Of a stretch of 64,000 nucleotides of DNA, positions 26,841-39,744 are shown piece by piece. The notes under the pieces are model-generated. The model made no database searches, had not been told where the DNA came from, and was given only the letters and a program-made list of their open reading frames with translations. Position numbers and translations under genes: made by a program. The DNA is from Heterodontus francisci (taxonomy: Eukaryota). Every line of letters begins with the position of its first letter. Within the stretch, counting starts at the first letter, position 1. The DNA lies in contig NC_090374.1 of assembly GCF_036365525.1 (NCBI RefSeq), positions 149,137,804 to 149,201,803 on the forward strand, in the 5' to 3' direction.

Positions 26841-27564
26841 GGCCAGGATTTAACATGAAGGTGGCGGCCCCACCCGCCAGCTGGAAAGTCAGGGGCGAGC
26901 CCGCCTCCGCCTTCCCAGGAAGCCACGAGGCAATTGTGCGACCTCAGGCAATTAGTTGTCTGAGGTCGTAGCTTCCGCCCCCATGAGGCAGGATGCCCCA
27001 ATCAGAGGGCCAGAAACTCTTTAGTCCCGTCAGCACCACCGGGAGTGGTAGCCACTGCAGGGACTGCACTCAGCCCCGGAGTGAGCCAGCAATGGAAGCC
27101 CCGAGTTCAGATAAGTGAGGCAGGCTTGTCAGGGCCAGTCAGGCAAGCCCCGAGGAGAAGGTGAGGGTCGGCGATCGGGAAGCCAGGGAGGGAGGGAGGG
27201 GATCAAGCCAGGGCGGCCTTTTCTGCTGGGGGGTGGGGTGGGGGGGGGGGGGGAGGCCTCTATGGAGCCTAGAGTGATAGGGTGTACAAGCAGGAAGGGC
27301 TCCCCACCACCCCCAGCTGAGCCCGCAATCAGGCCACCAGGGTAAAATACCAGTGGCAGCGAGTAGAGAGCTGTAAGTGGCCATTTATTAGCCATTAATT
27401 AGTCACTTAAGGGCCTCAATTGGCCCAAGGGAGATTGGGCCACCTGACACTTACCCGCCGCTGGTAAAATAGCAGAGGCAAGTAGGCAACATGCATGGCA
27501 CTTCCGCTACCCTGCCTGCCAGCCCGTTCCCGGGTGGGGAAGAGGGGGGCGTAATATTCTGCCC
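26841..27564. mobile_element. Harbinger-type MITE inserted at an L2-like fragment (~26640-26840)
   Basis: TIR-like GGCCAGGATTT / AATATTCTGCCC; TSD AGA/AGA; internal ttaagggcctcaattggcc motif resembles one in 29233-29865. Confidence 0.7.
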
Positions 27565-27599
27565 AGAGTTCCAAGGCACATCAGGTACTGAAAGTGCAA

Positions 27600-28090
27600 C
27601 ATGGAGACTCCAGCCAACACAACCACATTCTGTCTTCAGCCTATAACAGTGTTCCAAGAAAGCTCAATGTAAGCTCGAGGAACAGCACCTCACCTTTCGA
27701 CTAAACACTTTACAGCCTTCCGGACTCAACATTGAGTTCAATAATTTTAGATGGTAAGCCCTGCCCTCATTTTGTCTCATTTTTTTTTTTGCAGGTTTCA
27801 GCACACCTGCCGTAGGTAAATCTTTTGTTTCTTTGCTTCTTCTCTTGCCACATTACCCTTCCCATTGGCCCTGCCCGACTCTCTCCTGTCTTCTACCCTG
27901 CCACAGACTAGACCTTTCCTTTTGTTCTTTTTCTCACCGTCCTCCAAATCACCTGCTAAAAACCTATTACATTTCTAACTTTTGCAAATTCTGATCAATG
28001 ATCACAGACCTGAAGCATTAACATAACTTCTCTCTCCACAGATGCTGCCTGACCTGCTGAGATTTTCCAGCATTTTCTGTCTTTATTCAG
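27600..28090 (+). mobile_element. Penelope-like element 3' fragment
   Basis: KLEEQHLTFRLNTLQPSGLNIEFNNFR and pLTR homologous to 56740-57280; hammerhead core degenerate. Confidence 0.85.
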
Positions 28091-28639
28091 CCACATTCTG
28101 ATTGGACTGTTCTTCCTCTGAGTAATTTAAAGATGCAAAATCTTTGAAACATTTTAACCTACATTTGAAATCTTTAAAACACAACAGTTCCATCCTTACT
28201 TCATTCTGATACACACTGAACCTACTCCACATGTAAATTATTTTTAACTATGCAGTAAACTTTGTGGAAACATACGACAAAGCTACTTTGAATCACTGCA
28301 GCATATTTTCTCAGCCCAGTTTATGGACTGTCCCTTTATTGCAGAAACTTCTAGATTCTCCTTGCACTGGTCAAGTTTTAATCAGACTGAAAGTATCATA
28401 CTAATGTGTATATTATTCCCATGTGTCACTGCCACTGGGTCTATTAGGAGTTTTATGGTTGAGATTTAATAATAATGTAATTCCAGATTCTGTAGAGTAA
28501 TATGTGCCTACTGTGAAACACACAAGCAACATTTTCATGGGATGCGATAGTCCCCGCACCATCCACAAGCTCAGGTATAAGTGAGAATACTTGCCCATTC
28601 TTCACATACTTTGCACAGTTTGCTCTTTTCCACATGCAA

Positions 28640-29232
28640 AAGAGATTGTGTGTCTGTGGGTTTGTGTGTGTGTGTGTATGTGTATGTGTGTGTGTGTGTA
28701 TCTGCCTGTATGTCTGTGCATGAGTGTCTTTCTGTGTCTCAGTGTGTGCGTCTGTGTGTGTGTGTCTCTGTCTGTCTGTGCCTCTGTGCGTGTCTGTCTC
28801 TAACTCTGTGTGTGTGTGTGTGCATCTATGCACCTCTCTGTGTCTATGTGCCTCTCTGCGTCTGTGTGTGAGCGTGTGCGCGCACCTCTGGGTGTTTGTG
28901 TGTCGCTGTGTCTATGTGTGTATGTGTGTGCCTGTCTGTGTCTGTGTGTTTGTGTCTGTGTGTTTGTGTCTGTGTGTTTGTGTCTGTGTGTTTGTGTGTG
29001 TCTCTGTGTCTATGTATGGTGTGTGCTTGTGTGTATATGTGCCTCTGAGTGTATGTGGCCTCTCTATCTGTGTGTGTATGCCTGTGTGCCTCTATGTGTG
29101 TGTGTGCACACTTCTCTGTGTCTGTGTGTGTGCACCTGTGTGCATGTGTGTCTGTGCCTCTGTGTCTGTATGTGTGTGTGAGATTGTGTCTGTGTGTGTG
29201 TGAGAGATTGTGTCTATGTACGTGTGTGTGTG
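28640..29232. repeat. Degenerate (GT)n/(CA)n simple repeat, ~590 bp
   Basis: Directly visible. Confidence 0.97.
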
Positions 29233-29865
29233 AGCCACTTTGCCTCTTTTGGGAAAGGCCTGCCAAATGACAAGCCAATCAGGCACTTCAGAGGCGACCA
29301 GTGGGCCTGTCCCAGGATCAGGATCCCGGGGACGAGACGTTCTACCAGCCAAGAACCGCCAACCAATCAGAAGCTGGCAGATCTTTTGCTCAGCAGTGCC
29401 ACCAGGGAGGTAGTGGCTGCTGCTGGAATGACACCCACTGGAGGCCCAGGATCACAGACTGACCAAGGAGGTAAGTGATGCCGCAGTGGTTTCGTGGGAT
29501 ACGGTCATGGAGGAGCGGGCGGGGGTCAGCAGTAAGGCAGGGAGTGGCTCTCAGCGTGCCCCCCACCTTCCCAATGCCAGGCCCCTCAATCAGGCACTGG
29601 CTCTCTGCAACGGGAAGCCTCAAGCAACCCTGCACGGGTTTGCACGTCATGCCCCCCACATGACGACAGGCCTGCCCGCCACTGGGTTAATACCAGTGGC
29701 GATGGGAAGAGGCCCTTAATTGGGCATTAATTGGACAGCCTTCCTGCCACGGACTTAATCGGGGTGGAGGTGGGAGGTGGCGGGGTCCCCACCTGCCACA
29801 TCCCACCTGATTAAATGCCCTCCCCGCCTCCAAACTTGCCATGGGGGAGAACATAAAATACTGCT
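29233..29865. mobile_element. Partial Harbinger-type MITE
   Basis: Internal similarity to 26841-27564; right end taaaatactgctc resembles the TIR. Confidence 0.5.
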
Positions 29866-30761
29866 CTGAGAGTGTGTCTGACTGTGTGTGTGTTACGGTT
29901 TTCAACTCTAGTTGTACATATTCTTAGAGGTTTCATCACATGACCTCCTGTATCCAATCGCCCAGTCAAACAGCCTATTTTTCCATCTCAAATATTTTTA
30001 TAACTAATAAACAAAACTGTTCGAAAAAAATGAAAAAAAAAACTTTTTTTTAATGTCCAAATTATTTTTCTCCTAATTTGCTCACAGCAGTGTCCAGGAG
30101 ATTTATCTTCAATTCCAGGCAACTCCAGAACAATCCTGGAGGTTTTGCAACCTGAATGAGTGTGAATTTGTCTCTGTCAGTATGCACCAATCCCATTTCC
30201 AAGAAAATGTAAGGAACGCTGCTGTGTAGTTTTAAATTCTATTTGTCAAAAACCCCTCATCACTCCTCCTCCTGCCAATAAAGCAGAATCACCAGGATAA
30301 ACGTCAGCCACGAGTGTCCACCCATGTGTAGGCAATGAAATATTTATCATGGTGAGAGCTACTGCATAGTCCTCATTTCAATATTCAAATGAAGACATGT
30401 TGCATTCTGGGGAACACTTTAGCAGATGAGACCTGTGTGCACTTGTGTGCAGCTTGGTACACGCAGTGACACAAAATTAGAGTTCTTGAATAATCCTTGC
30501 AAATGGAGCAACTTTTTGCAGTGGAAGCAGGTCAGTAGTATTTAGAACCATAGAAAAATTACAGCACAGAAGGAGGCCATTCAGCCCATCGTGTCCATGT
30601 CAGCCAAAAAAACTAGCCGTCCATTTCAATATCTTTATTTATCCAGCCACCCATTCCATATTTCAATACCTTTCTTAGAAAGTCAATGATATCTGAAAAA
30701 TACTGCTGTGCAATCACATGGAAACATTGAAATGCTTCATACCAAGACCAAACCCTCTTAC

Positions 30762-30885
30762 CTGTTATTATAGGGTAAGATTGAGGTCCTGGGACACTGG
30801 GCCCTATGTCAGCTGAACTTGTTAGACTTGACTTCATATCTTCCAGTCCCCCAGCCAGTGACGCCATGGTGGAATACTCTACATT
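30762..30885 (-). CDS. PAX5: Internal coding exon of paired box protein Pax-5 (equivalent to mammalian exon 7)
   Basis: Acceptor ttttttgtatttccag, donor gtaaga; 124 nt, phase 0 to 1. Translates [41 protein letters not shown](G), versus human PAX5 [44 protein letters not shown] (recalled). The MASLAGGL and VPGPQSYP motifs favour Pax5 over Pax2/8. Confidence 0.93.
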
Positions 30886-33468
30886 CTGGAAATACAAAAA
30901 AAGCTTGTCTGTAACTTCCCATGCAAGCACTTTATTATTCAATATACTCCCAGTAACACTACTTGTAGCATTCAACTATTAAGAGTTTGGCAATATTGGA
31001 CTGTAATGAACTAGGAACCTGTGAAGCATAAGGGTGAAAATGCAAATCACAGGGAAAGGAAATAGCTGTGGGTGTTGACTGATATCAACTAACTCAGCAG
31101 AGACTAGGGATGGAACCCAGGGCTTCCTTGGTCTGTAAGTCACAGTACCACACTGTGCAAAAGTTGGGGATGGAGGTGTGGGGAGTGGGTGGAGGGGCTA
31201 CATTTAGTCACTGAACACCCAGGCACATACCTGATTTTTAATCAGTTAACTTTACTCTGGTATGACAGTGAAGCGTGCTACCTCATAGTTGCGGACACAA
31301 AGGAATAGAAAGAATTTGCATCTTTATAGCACCTTTCATGACCTCCAGGCATCGCAAAGTGCTTTACAACCAATAAAGTACTTTTGAATTGTAGTCACTG
31401 GTATAATGTAGGCAAACTAAGCAACCAAATTGCACAAGCAGTCCATTAAAAATAACAGAGATATTTTAATTCCCCACCAAATTTTTGGCCTTCATTGCCT
31501 CTTTTGCATTCCCCCTCTTCAATCACCACCCCTGCACCCCCACATCACTCCAAACCCTGGAACTGACTATGCGACAAGGGTAGGTAGTACAGCCAGGTCA
31601 GGAGGAGTACAGGGACCGAGAGGATCCTCCTAATTGTGCATATATCTCCAATGGTACAATGGAGGTAGCGTACTCTGAGACGGGGCTTCAACAGATTAGC
31701 TCAGGAGGAGGCAGATCAACAGATGGAAAATGGGAACCACAGATCAGGAGTCAAGGCTCAGGAGCAGCAAATGGAGCGTCAACTACTTTCAACACCCAAG
31801 AGCCAAAAGAAAATGAAATTCAAAATAGAAAGAAAGGCTTGCATTTATATGGAGCCTTTCATGACCAGATTAGAGAATTAATCATGTGGCTCAAAGAATG
31901 GTGTGGGAAAAAGGAGTTTCATGGGGCACTGGCACCAGTACTGGGGAAAGAGGGAGTTGTTCCATTGGGATGGGCTCCACTGAAACCAGGCTGGGATCAG
32001 TGTCCTGGCAAATAATATAACTAGGGCTTTAAACTAAAAGTGGGGGGGAGGGTTCAGGTGAGGGGAGATTTAGAAATCTAAAGAGAAAAGTTGAGGCAAT
32101 AGAACATTGTTCTTGTTCTAGCCATAGTCCCAAAGGAATCTCTCTCTATTACAGAGAGACAGTTGATAATGTATAGCTCGAGGGCACCGCACGTCAAGCA
32201 TGAGACAAAGCAAGGAGCCAGGCCTCCATAAACTACCACAGTGGTAGGGTGATTGAACCTACGCTGTTGGTGTCTTTCTGCATCACACTGTAGCTGTCTA
32301 GTCAACTGAGCAACTGGCCCGCACTGCACGCCCCCCCCCCCCACCCCCCATAGAACACTGTGGTGATTTGAGTAAAGTCAAGCAGAGTGGGAGAGTAAGG
32401 AACAGCGAGTTTAGCAATAATAGTGCATCAGCAAATACGGTCCAAGCAAATAAAAGTAGTGAAAAAAATACAATTCCAGGCTCTTTATCTGAATGCGTAA
32501 AGCATTCACAATAACATAGATGAACTAGCAGCACAAACAGTGATAAATGGTTTAGATCTAATCACCATTACAGGGACATGGTTACAAGGTGACCAAGTTT
32601 GGGAAATAAATATGCCAGGGTACAAACATTTTGAAAAGACACACAGAATGGAAAAGGAGAAGGAGTAAAGTAAAGGATACATAAGGACAGTGGTGAGAAA
32701 GGACTGTGGCTCAGATAATCAGGAAGTAGAATCAATATGGGTGGAGATGAGGAATTATAAGGGTCAGAAAACACTGGTTGGAGTAGTTTATAGGCCCCCT
32801 AACAGTAGTTATACTGTTAGACAGAGCAAGAAATAATTGGAGCTTGTAACAAAAGTTAATGTAATAATTCTGGGGGACTTAATCTCCATATACACTGGAC
32901 GATGAGTTTGTGGAATGCTTTCATGACAGTTTCCTGGAACAATATACTGTGGAACCAACTAGAGATAAAGCTATTTTAGATCTAGTATTGAGGCAGGGTT
33001 AATTAGTAATCTCATAGTAACAGATCTGCTGGGAAAAAATGACCATAATACAATTGAATTCCATATTAAATTTGAAAGTGACATACCAACAAGAATCTTA
33101 AACTTAAACAAAGCCAATAGGTATGAGGGGAGAGCTGACTAAGGTTGATTGGGTAAATAGACTAAAAGGTATGGCAGCAAATAAACAGTGGGAAACATTT
33201 AAAGAAATAATACAAAATGTTGAACAAAAGTACATTCCATTAAAAAACAAAAACTAAGCAAGAGATATCCATCCCTGAATTACTAGGGAAGTTAAGAATA
33301 GTACTAGAGTAAAAGAGAAGCTTATCATGTTGCAAAAAATAGTAGTAAGCCTGAGGATTGGGACTGTTTTAGAAAACAGCAAAGGGCGATCAAAAAGTTG
33401 ATAAAAAGGGAAAAAATAGATTATGAGAGTAGACTGGCCAGGAATATAACCAGCCAGATTGTAAGAAG

Positions 33469-33830
33469 GGAAGATGGTGGTAGTGGCAATGCCACTGAAC
33501 TAGTAATCCAGAGGCCCAGACTAATGCCCGAGGTACACTGGTTCAAATCCCACCAAGGCAGCTGGCAGAATTTAACCTCAATTAATTAATAAATTCAATT
33601 AATTAATAAAAAATCTGGAATTGAAAGCTAAACTCAGTAATGGTACCATGAAACTATCAATTGTCGTAAAAACCCATCTGGTTCACTAACGTCCTTAGGG
33701 AAGGACATCTGGACCCTCAATTGCCCTCTGAAATGGCTTAGCAAGCCACTCAGTTGTCAAGGGCAGTTAGGGATGGGCGATAAATACTGGCCTTGCCAGT
33801 GATGCCCACATCCCATGAAAGAATAAAAGA
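33469..33830 (+). mobile_element. tRNA-headed bipartite SINE (head and tail of the 35147-38085 LINE family)
   Basis: B-box ggttcaaatcc; body homologous to 37780-38085 (minus); tail cccacatcccatgaa; aagaag on both sides. Confidence 0.85.
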
Positions 33831-35146
33831 AGCTTTCACAAGCATATAACAAGGAGGGTAGCTCAAGTAAACGTTGGTCCCTTAGAAGCAGAGGCAGGAG
33901 AAATTATCATGGAGAATGAGAAAATGGCAGAGACATGAAACAAATACCTTGTGTTTGTCTTTACAGTAGGAGACACAAATTACACCAGAAATAAAGGGTA
34001 ACCAAGGAGCCAATAAGAGCGAGGAACTGAAGGTAATCAACATCAGCAGAGGAAAAAGTATTGGAGAAACTTAACGGACTAAAAGCTGACAAATCCCAGG
34101 ACCTGATGGCCTACATCCTAGGGTTCTAAGAGGTAGCTGCAGAGATAGTGGATGCACTGGTTACAATTTTTCAAAATTCTAGAACAGTCCCAGCGGATTG
34201 GAAGCTAGCAAAAGTAAAACCGCTATTCAAGAAAGGAGGGAAAGAGAAAACAGGGAACTACCAGCCAGTTAGCCTGACATCAGTCATCAGGAAAGTGCTG
34301 GAATCTATTATAAGGAAGTCTTAACAATGCACTTAGGAAACAATAGTATGATCAGACAAAGCCAACATGGTTTCACGAAAGGGAAATTGTGTTTCACAAA
34401 CGTATTAGAGTTTTTTGAGAATGTAACCAGTAGGGTAATGGGGAACCAGTTGCTGTAGTGTACTTGGATTTCCAAAATGCATTTGATAAGGTTCCACACA
34501 AAAGATTAATACACAAGATAAGGGCTCATAGAGTTGGGAGTAATATATTAGCATAGATAGAGACTGGTTAACGGACAGGAAACAAAGAGTAGGGATAAAT
34601 GGAGCATTTTCAAGTCGGCAGGCTGAGACTAGTGGTGTGCCGCAAGGATCAGTGCTGGGGACTCAGCTAGTTACAATCTATATTAATGACTTAGACAAAG
34701 AGACAGAGAGTAATGTACCTAGGTTTGCTGATGATACAAAGCTAGGTGGGAATGTAAATTGTGAGGAGGAGGCAAAGAGGCTGCAGAGATATAGACAGGT
34801 TGAGTAAGTGGGTAACACGGTGAATGATGGAGTATAATGTGGGGAAGTGTGAGGTTAGTCTATTTGGTAATAAGAATAGAAAAGCAGGATATTTTTTAAA
34901 CAGCATGAAACTTGTAACTCTTGATGTTCGGAGAGTTTTGTGTGCAATTGTACAAGGAAATGTTAGCATGCAGGTACTGCAAGCAATTAGGAAGGCAAAC
35001 GTCATGATGGCCTTTATTGCAAGGGGACTTGAGTATGAGAATAAGGAAATCTTGCTACAAATTTGGTCATATCTAAGGAAGGATATGCTTGCCATGGAAG
35101 GGGCACAGTAAAGGTTCATTAGATTGGTTCCTGGGATTAGAGGCTT

Positions 35147-38085
35147 CTTTTTTCTTTTATTCATTCATGGGATGTGGGCGTCCTGGCTAGACCAACATTT
35201 ATTGCCCATCCCTAATTGCCCTTGAGAAGGTGGTGGTGAGTTCCAAGAACTGATGCAGTCCTTGGGGTGTAGGTACACCCACAGTGCTGTTAGGAAGGGA
35301 GTTCCAGGATGTTGACCTTGTGACAGTGAAGGAATGGCAATATATTTATTTATTTTTATTTTTAAATTTTTTTTATTAGAGATACAGCACTGAAACAGGC
35401 CCTTCGGCCCACCGAGTCTGTGCCGACCAAGAACCACCCATTTATACTAACCCTACAGTAATCCCATATTCCCTACTACCTACCTACACTAGGGGCAATT
35501 TACAATGGCCAATTTACCTATCAACCTGCAAGTCTTTGGCTGTGGGAGGAAACCGGAGCACCTGGCGAAAACCCACGCGGTCATAGGGAGAACTTGCAAA
35601 CTCCGTACAGGCAGTACCCAGAATCGAACCCAGGTCCCTGGAGCTGTGAGGCTGCGGTGCTAACCACTGCGCCACTGTGCAGCCCGGGTGGTGTGTGACT
35701 TGGAGGGGAACTTGCAGGTGGTGGTGTTCCCATGCATCTGCTGCCCTTCTCCTTCTAGGTGGTAGAGGTCACGGGTTTGGAAGGTGCTGTCAAAGGAGAC
35801 TTGGCGAGTTGCTGCAGTGCATCTTGTAGATGGTACACACTGCTGCCACTGTGCTTCATTGGTGAATGGGGTACCAATCAAATAGACTGCTTTATCCTGG
35901 ATGGTTTCGACTTCTTGAGTGTTGTTGGAGCTGCACCCATCCAGGCAAGTGGACAGTATTCCATCACACTCCTGACTTGTGCCTTGCAGATGCTGGGCAG
36001 GAATTGGGGAGTCAGGAGGTGAGTTACTCGCCGCAGAATTCCTAGCCTCTGACCTGCTCTTGTAGCCACAATATTTATGTGGCTGATCCAGTTCAGTTTC
36101 TGGTTAATGGTAACCCCTAGGCTGTTGATAGTAGGGAATTCAGCGATGGTAATGCCACTGAACATCAAGGGGAGGTGGTTAGATTCTCTCTTGTTTGAGA
36201 TTGTCATTGCCTGGCACTTGTGTGGCGCGAATGTTACTTGCCACTTATCAGCCCAAGCCTGGATATTATCCAGGTCTTGCTGCATCTGGACATGGGCTGC
36301 TTCTGTATCTGAGAAGTCACAAATGGTACTGAATATTTTGCAATCATCAGCGAACATCCCCACTTCTGACCTTATGATTGAGGGAAGGTCATTGATGAAG
36401 CAGCTGAAGATGGTTGGGCCTAGGACACTACCCTGAGGAACTCCTGCAGTGATATCCTGGGACATGATTGACCTCCAACAACCACAACCATCTTCCTTTG
36501 TGTTAGGTATGACTCCAACCAGTGGAGAGTTTGCCCCGATTATCATTGACTCCAGTTTTTCTAGGGCTCCTTGATGCCATACTCGGTCAAATGCTGCCTT
36601 GATATCAAGGGCAATCATTCTCACCTCACCTCTGGAGTACAGCTCTTTTGTCCATGTTTGGACAAAGGCCGTAATGAGGCAAGGATCCGAGTGGCCCTGG
36701 CGGAACCCAAACTGAGCATCAGTGAACAAGTTATTGCTGAGCAAGTGCTGCTTGATAGTATTGTCGCCGACCCCTTCCATCACTTTGCTGATGATCGAGA
36801 GTAGACTGATTGGGCGGTAATTGGCCGGGTTGGATTTGTCCTGCTTTTTGTGTACAGAACATAGCTGGGCAATTTTCCACATTGCTGGGTAGATGCCAGT
36901 ATTGTAGCTGTACTAGAACAACTTGACTAGGGGCGTAGCTAGTTTTGGAACACAAGTCTTCAGTACTATTGCTAGAATATTGTCAGGGCCCATAGCCTTT
37001 GCAGTTTTCAGTGCCTTCAGCCGTTTCTTGATAGCACGTGGAGTGAACCAGATTGGCTGAAGACTGGCATCTGTGATGCTGGGGACCTCAGAAGGAGGCC
37101 GAGATGGATCATCCACTCAGCGCATCTGGCTGAAAATGGATGCAAATGCTTCAGGCTTGTCTTTTGCGCTGAAGTTCTGGGCCCCCCCCCATCATTGAGG
37201 ATGGGGATATTTGTGGAGCCTCCTCCTCCTGTTAGTTGTTTAATTGTCCACCACCATTCACAACGGGATGTGGAAGTACTGCAGAGCTTAGATCTGATCC
37301 GTTGGTTATGGTGGTGGGGGGGGCGGGGGGGTGCATGGGGGGGAGGGGTTAGGTAATAATCAGTAGGAGATTTCTTTGCCCATGTTTGACCTGATGCCAT
37401 AAGACTTCATGGGGTCCAATGTCAATATTGAGGACTCCTAGCACAACTCCCTCCCAACTGTATACCACTGTGCCGCCACCTCTGGTGGGTCTGTTTTGAC
37501 AGTGGGACAGGACATACCCAGGGATAGTGATGGTGGTGTCTGGGACATTGTCTGTAAGGTATGATTCCGTGATTATGACTATGTCAGGCTGTTGCTTGAC
37601 TAATCTGTGAAACAGCTCTCCCAATTTTGGCACAAGCCCCCAGATGTTAGTAAGGAGGCAGGGTCAACGGGGCTGGGTTTGCCATTGTCGTTTCCAGTGC
37701 CTAGGTCGATGCCAGGTGGTCCGTCCGGTTTCATTCCTTTTTTTAGACTTTGTAATGGTTTGATACAACTGAGTGGCTTGCTAGGCAATTTCAGAGGGCA
37801 GATAAGAGTCAACCACATTGCTGTGGGTCTGGAATCACATGTCGGCCAGACCAGGTAAGGACGGCAGATTTCCTTCCCTAAAGGACATTAGTGAACCAGA
37901 TGGGTTTTTAACAACAATCGACAATGGATTCATGGTCACCATTAGACTAGCTTTTTTATTCGGATTTATTAATTGAATTCATATTTCACCATCTGTCATG
38001 GTGGGAATTGAACCCATGCCCCCAGAGCATTATCCTAGGCCTATCACTAATCTAGTGATATTACCACTACGCCTCTGCCTCCCCA
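35147..38085 (-). mobile_element. CR1-group LINE with tRNA-like 5' head, APE + RT, no visible ORF1; internally deleted and decayed
   Basis: Head with A/B boxes at ~38000-38085; APE LLTNIWGLVPKLGEL..QPDIVIITESYL from ~37660; RT ORF 35878-36882 (NYRPISLLS, LDIKAAFD, PQGSVLGP, FADD); 3' tail at ~35150-35230. Confidence 0.9.
35348..35686 (-). mobile_element. HE1-like V-SINE nested in the LINE
   Basis: Full copy of the family seen at 39850-40208. Confidence 0.9.
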
Positions 38086-38529
38086 ATGTCTTATGGTGAG
38101 AGGCTGAGTAAATTGGGCCTATACTCTCTGGAGTTTAAAAGAATAAGAGGTGATCTCATTGAAACATACAAGATTCTGAAAGGGCTTGACAGGGTAGATA
38201 CTGAGAGGTTGTTTCCCCTGGCTGGGGAATCTACAACACAGGGGTACAATCTCAGGGTAAGAGCCTGATTATTTAGGACTAAGATGAGGAGAAATTTCTT
38301 CAAAGAGTTATGAATCTTTGGAATTCTCTATCCGAGCGGGTTGTGGATGCTCCATTGTTGAATAAATTTTAGGCTGAGATTGACAGATTTTTGGTCTCTC
38401 AGGGAATCAAGGGATGGGGGAGCGAGCAGGAAAGTGGATTTGAAGCCAAAGATCAGCCATGAGCGTATGGACTGATAGAACAGGCCATATAGGCTACTCC
38501 TGCTGCTATTTCCTATGTTCTTTTGACCA

Positions 38530-38930
38530 CCGGACATCTCAAAGTGCTTTAAAGCAAATGAAATACTTAATCACTGTTGTAATATAGGAAACACAGGAGT
38601 CAATTTGTGCACAGCAAGCTCCCACAAACAGCAATGTGAATATGACTAGATAATCTGTTTTTGTGATATTGATTGAGAGATAAATATTGTCCAGGATACC
38701 TCCCCTGCATTCTCCAAAATTGTGCCTTGGGATCTTTTACATCCACCTGAAAGGGCAGATAGGGCCTTGGTTTAACATCTCATCCGAAAGATAGCACCTC
38801 CAACAGTGCAACACTACCTTCACTACTTCAGTAGAATGTCAGCCTTGAGTTTTGTGCTCAAGTCTTGAAGTGGGATTTAAACCCACAACTTCTGACTCAG
38901 AGTGCTACCAGCTGAGCTATAGCTGACACG
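38530..38930 (-). mobile_element. DeuSINE-like (SacSINE1-type) SINE
   Basis: Reverse-complement homology to 48724-49310. Confidence 0.7.
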
Positions 38931-39744
38931 CAGTACATAAAGAAAATAAATCTGACCGCTACCAAGGTAGGCCATTGCTTATTTATCCATCAGCAGAATG
39001 ACACCAACTGTAAGTCCATCCAAGTGGCCAATGTCAGGGATAGATACTCACATGGTAGGCCTCAAAAAATCATTAACAAAGCCCTAGATAAATGGCCAAG
39101 CTGTGGAAATCGAACAAAATACAAACCAGGCCCCTGACACAGAGGAGGCATCCACAGAGAAAAGCTGTCGAAGATATTTATAAAAGTCTATGGGTATGTT
39201 AGTGTTCATTTATTTAACTGCTTTGTAAAGGCTTAAAACTTAACTATTAAGTTAAAGATTGCTGATTGCCACTAAGGAAAACATTGAGCAATTTGATTTG
39301 TTGGTTTTCGACTGACTGGTAGTCTTTTCTTTCTACCTTTTTTTGACTGGCTCAACTATCCAACTGACTAAATGCAAACCAATCAGCATGATCAACTTTA
39401 CAGCTGGTGGTTATTTCAGCCAATCACAATTTTTTGCCCATGGACATTTGGCATCTGAGAGGTGAGACACTATAGAAGCATGCTAGATATTAACTTTTAA
39501 TTATACTGAAGGCCATACTGATGAGGGTCAATCTCCCTCTCCTAGTCCAAGAGCTGAGCCTCTGAACTTGCTGCCAGGCCTTATTAATATAAAGGAGGTA
39601 CCACAGGAGTGCACAAGGGCGCACACACCGTCCTAACAGAACAGGAAGTGTGTGGACACCTTGGGGTCCTTAAGGCTATCAGCACCTTTAGTGGGGAAGG
39701 TGCTGTTAAAGTCCCAGGAGAGAGTAAGATGAATTTTTTTTTCA

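Larger units (their letters stand above)
31500..38520 (+). mobile_element. Long decayed canonical CR1 LINE, interrupted by later insertions
   Basis: ORF1 SGNH-esterase remnant (~31870-32030, WLKEWCG..HWHQYWGKRELFHWDGLHL); endonuclease from ~32480; RT 34080-35146; resumes at 38086 (SYGERLSKLGLYSLE) to the 3' tail. Left end approximate. Confidence 0.88.

Noticed and set aside
28453-29352. Cys/Val- or His/Thr-rich ORFs
   Set aside because: Translations of the GT/CA simple repeat.
30613-30975. 120-aa ORF as a single-exon gene
   Set aside because: Only the 41 codons between the splice sites match Pax5; the rest is intronic read-through.
39585-39660. TATA-like plus ETS (caggaagtg) promoter
   Set aside because: Short motifs expected by chance; no CpG island or downstream gene.
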